Below the pieces are notes generated by a model, which saw nothing but the letters and a program-made list of their open reading frames with translations, did no database searches and was not told the origin of the DNA. DNA of 64,000 nucleotides from Podarcis tiliguerta (Eukaryota), in assembly GCA_965153285.1 (NCBI GenBank), contig OZ229110.1, one strand, 5' to 3'. Positions 62,728 to 64,000 of the stretch are shown here, in pieces. The stretch's first letter is position 1, and each line of letters opens with the position of its first letter. A program made the position numbers and the translations under genes.

Positions 62728-62969
62728 CAGTGGTACCTCGGGTTACGTACTTAATTCGTTCCAGAGGTCCATTCTTAACCTGAAACTGTTCTTAACATGA
62801 AGCACCACTTTAGCTAATGGGGCCTCCTGCTACCGCCGCACCGCCAGAGCATGATTTCTGTTCTCACCCTGAAGCAAAGTTCTTAACCCGAGGTAATATT
62901 TCTGGGTTAGCAGAGTCTGTAACCTGAAGCGTATGTAACCTGAAGCGTATGTAACCCGAGGTACCACTG
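62728..62969. mobile_element. Tc1/mariner-type MITE, family A (242 bp, with 16-bp tandem duplication)
   Basis: TA|cagtggtacctcgggttac...gtaacccgaggtaccactg|TA; gtaacctgaagcgtat occurs twice (62919-62950). Confidence 0.9.
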
Positions 62970-63779
62970 TATCTCACTTTTCATTACACAAGGAGACACA
63001 CACACCCCAGACTATTTATGCGTAGCATTGAGAACAATCTCCTGCTTATCACAAATACGGATCTAGCTCTGATCTTGCAACAGCACCAGTATCTTGAGAG
63101 CTGTCTCAAACCCTAACCCTCAGAGCTGACGCAATGTAATGGAGTGTATGGAGGTGAAAAGGGAAGTATGTGCACTGACATTCTGGAGACGAGTTAGCAG
63201 AAACCCCCAAAGCCAGCCTTTCTGTCCCACTGTGTATTTAGTTGCAATGCTTCAATATTTAACAAAATCAGCAGAAAGCCTGCTCCAACAGAAAGCAATT
63301 CAAACAAACACCACATTCAGAAAAGATAACGTAAATGACATTGTAATTATTATTAATCACGTTGAAATCATACAGCCATATACGGTATATAAGTAGAGTT
63401 TTCAGCTCTCTTCATTAGTCAGCGAGATCAAGTCCTGTTCTTCTAAGCCAAGTTGTTTAATGTTACTGTGCCTTTTGAACTGACCAAGTCGTGCTAATTT
63501 ATTTTTAACACTGTTGAGGGGCCCCGGTATGAAATGCTGGAAAGGTTACAAAGTTCAAATTGCACTTGAGTTTGATTACACTGCAGTTCAGCCTTCACCA
63601 AGTGAGATTTGTTAGCATTAGGATCTAAGCCAATTGTTTCAGAGTTTTGGACCCTGAAAATCTTCCGCACACGTCTCAAGGCAACAGGCAAAATGCAATA
63701 AAACAAACCCACAGAAAACAGCAGATAAAATGTAAAAGCAGTACCTAGTAGACGCCCGTGGCAGAGACCTATTCATCCA

Positions 63780-64000
63780 GCTCAGAAAGCTCGTCAGAAC
63801 AAATATATCTTCACTTGATTACAGAAAGTGCAGAGATCTTTGGAACTTGCAGGAGAAGCTCTCCTGCAGACCACAGTGACCTACTGGATATATAAGGGAT
63901 ACGGCAGTCTCTCAAGTAACCTGGTCCTCAGTGACATAGGACCTTATATATTGGTGCCAAACCTTGAATTTGGCCCATAGCAGATTGGCAGTCAGTGGAA
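63780..64000 (-). mobile_element. L2 ORF2 relic running off the window end
   Basis: ggaccttatatattggtgccaaaccttgaatttggcccatagcagattggcagtcagtggaa is the reverse complement of a (F)H*LPI...QFK-like L2 C-terminus. Confidence 0.5.

Noticed and set aside
63111-63120. ccctaaccct telomere-like motif
   Set aside because: Fewer than two units; expected by chance.

Overview
Vertebrate nuclear DNA, not prokaryotic. The repeat content (Sauria SINEs, CR1 and L2 LINE relics, hAT and Tc1/mariner MITEs) points to a squamate, probably a lacertid lizard. The whole window lies inside one gene on the minus strand, neuron navigator 2 (NAV2). I traced nine internal coding exons (52993-53115, 20314-20452, 15943-16234, 13549-14251, 12327-12791, 10098-10163, 8634-8678, 5761-5921, 1532-1720). 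All have AG/GT boundaries and matching phases, and they join into one uninterrupted Ser-rich frame from YMTDGGLGLY... to ...RDGFEE. The gene start and end lie outside the window. A further 54-nt in-frame exon (33245-33298, RVLHGQQSGEMLWPRDLA) sits in the 32-kb intron; it could serve as both a cassette exon and the start of a short isoform. Almost all ORFs in the supplied track are spurious or repeat-derived. The most unusual observations are: (1) a 44-bp CCAAT/GGAAG hairpin module with a compensatory base change, shared by MITEs of two different transposon superfamilies; (2) two tandem symmetric microexons, each encoding RNTLP-basic-basic, beside a tight UGCAUG cluster; (3) the dual-use 54-nt exon with an overlapping upstream ORF. 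I found no CRISPR array, rRNA, true tRNA gene or prokaryote-type system. Gene and repeat family names rest on my recognition of the sequence, not on a database search.
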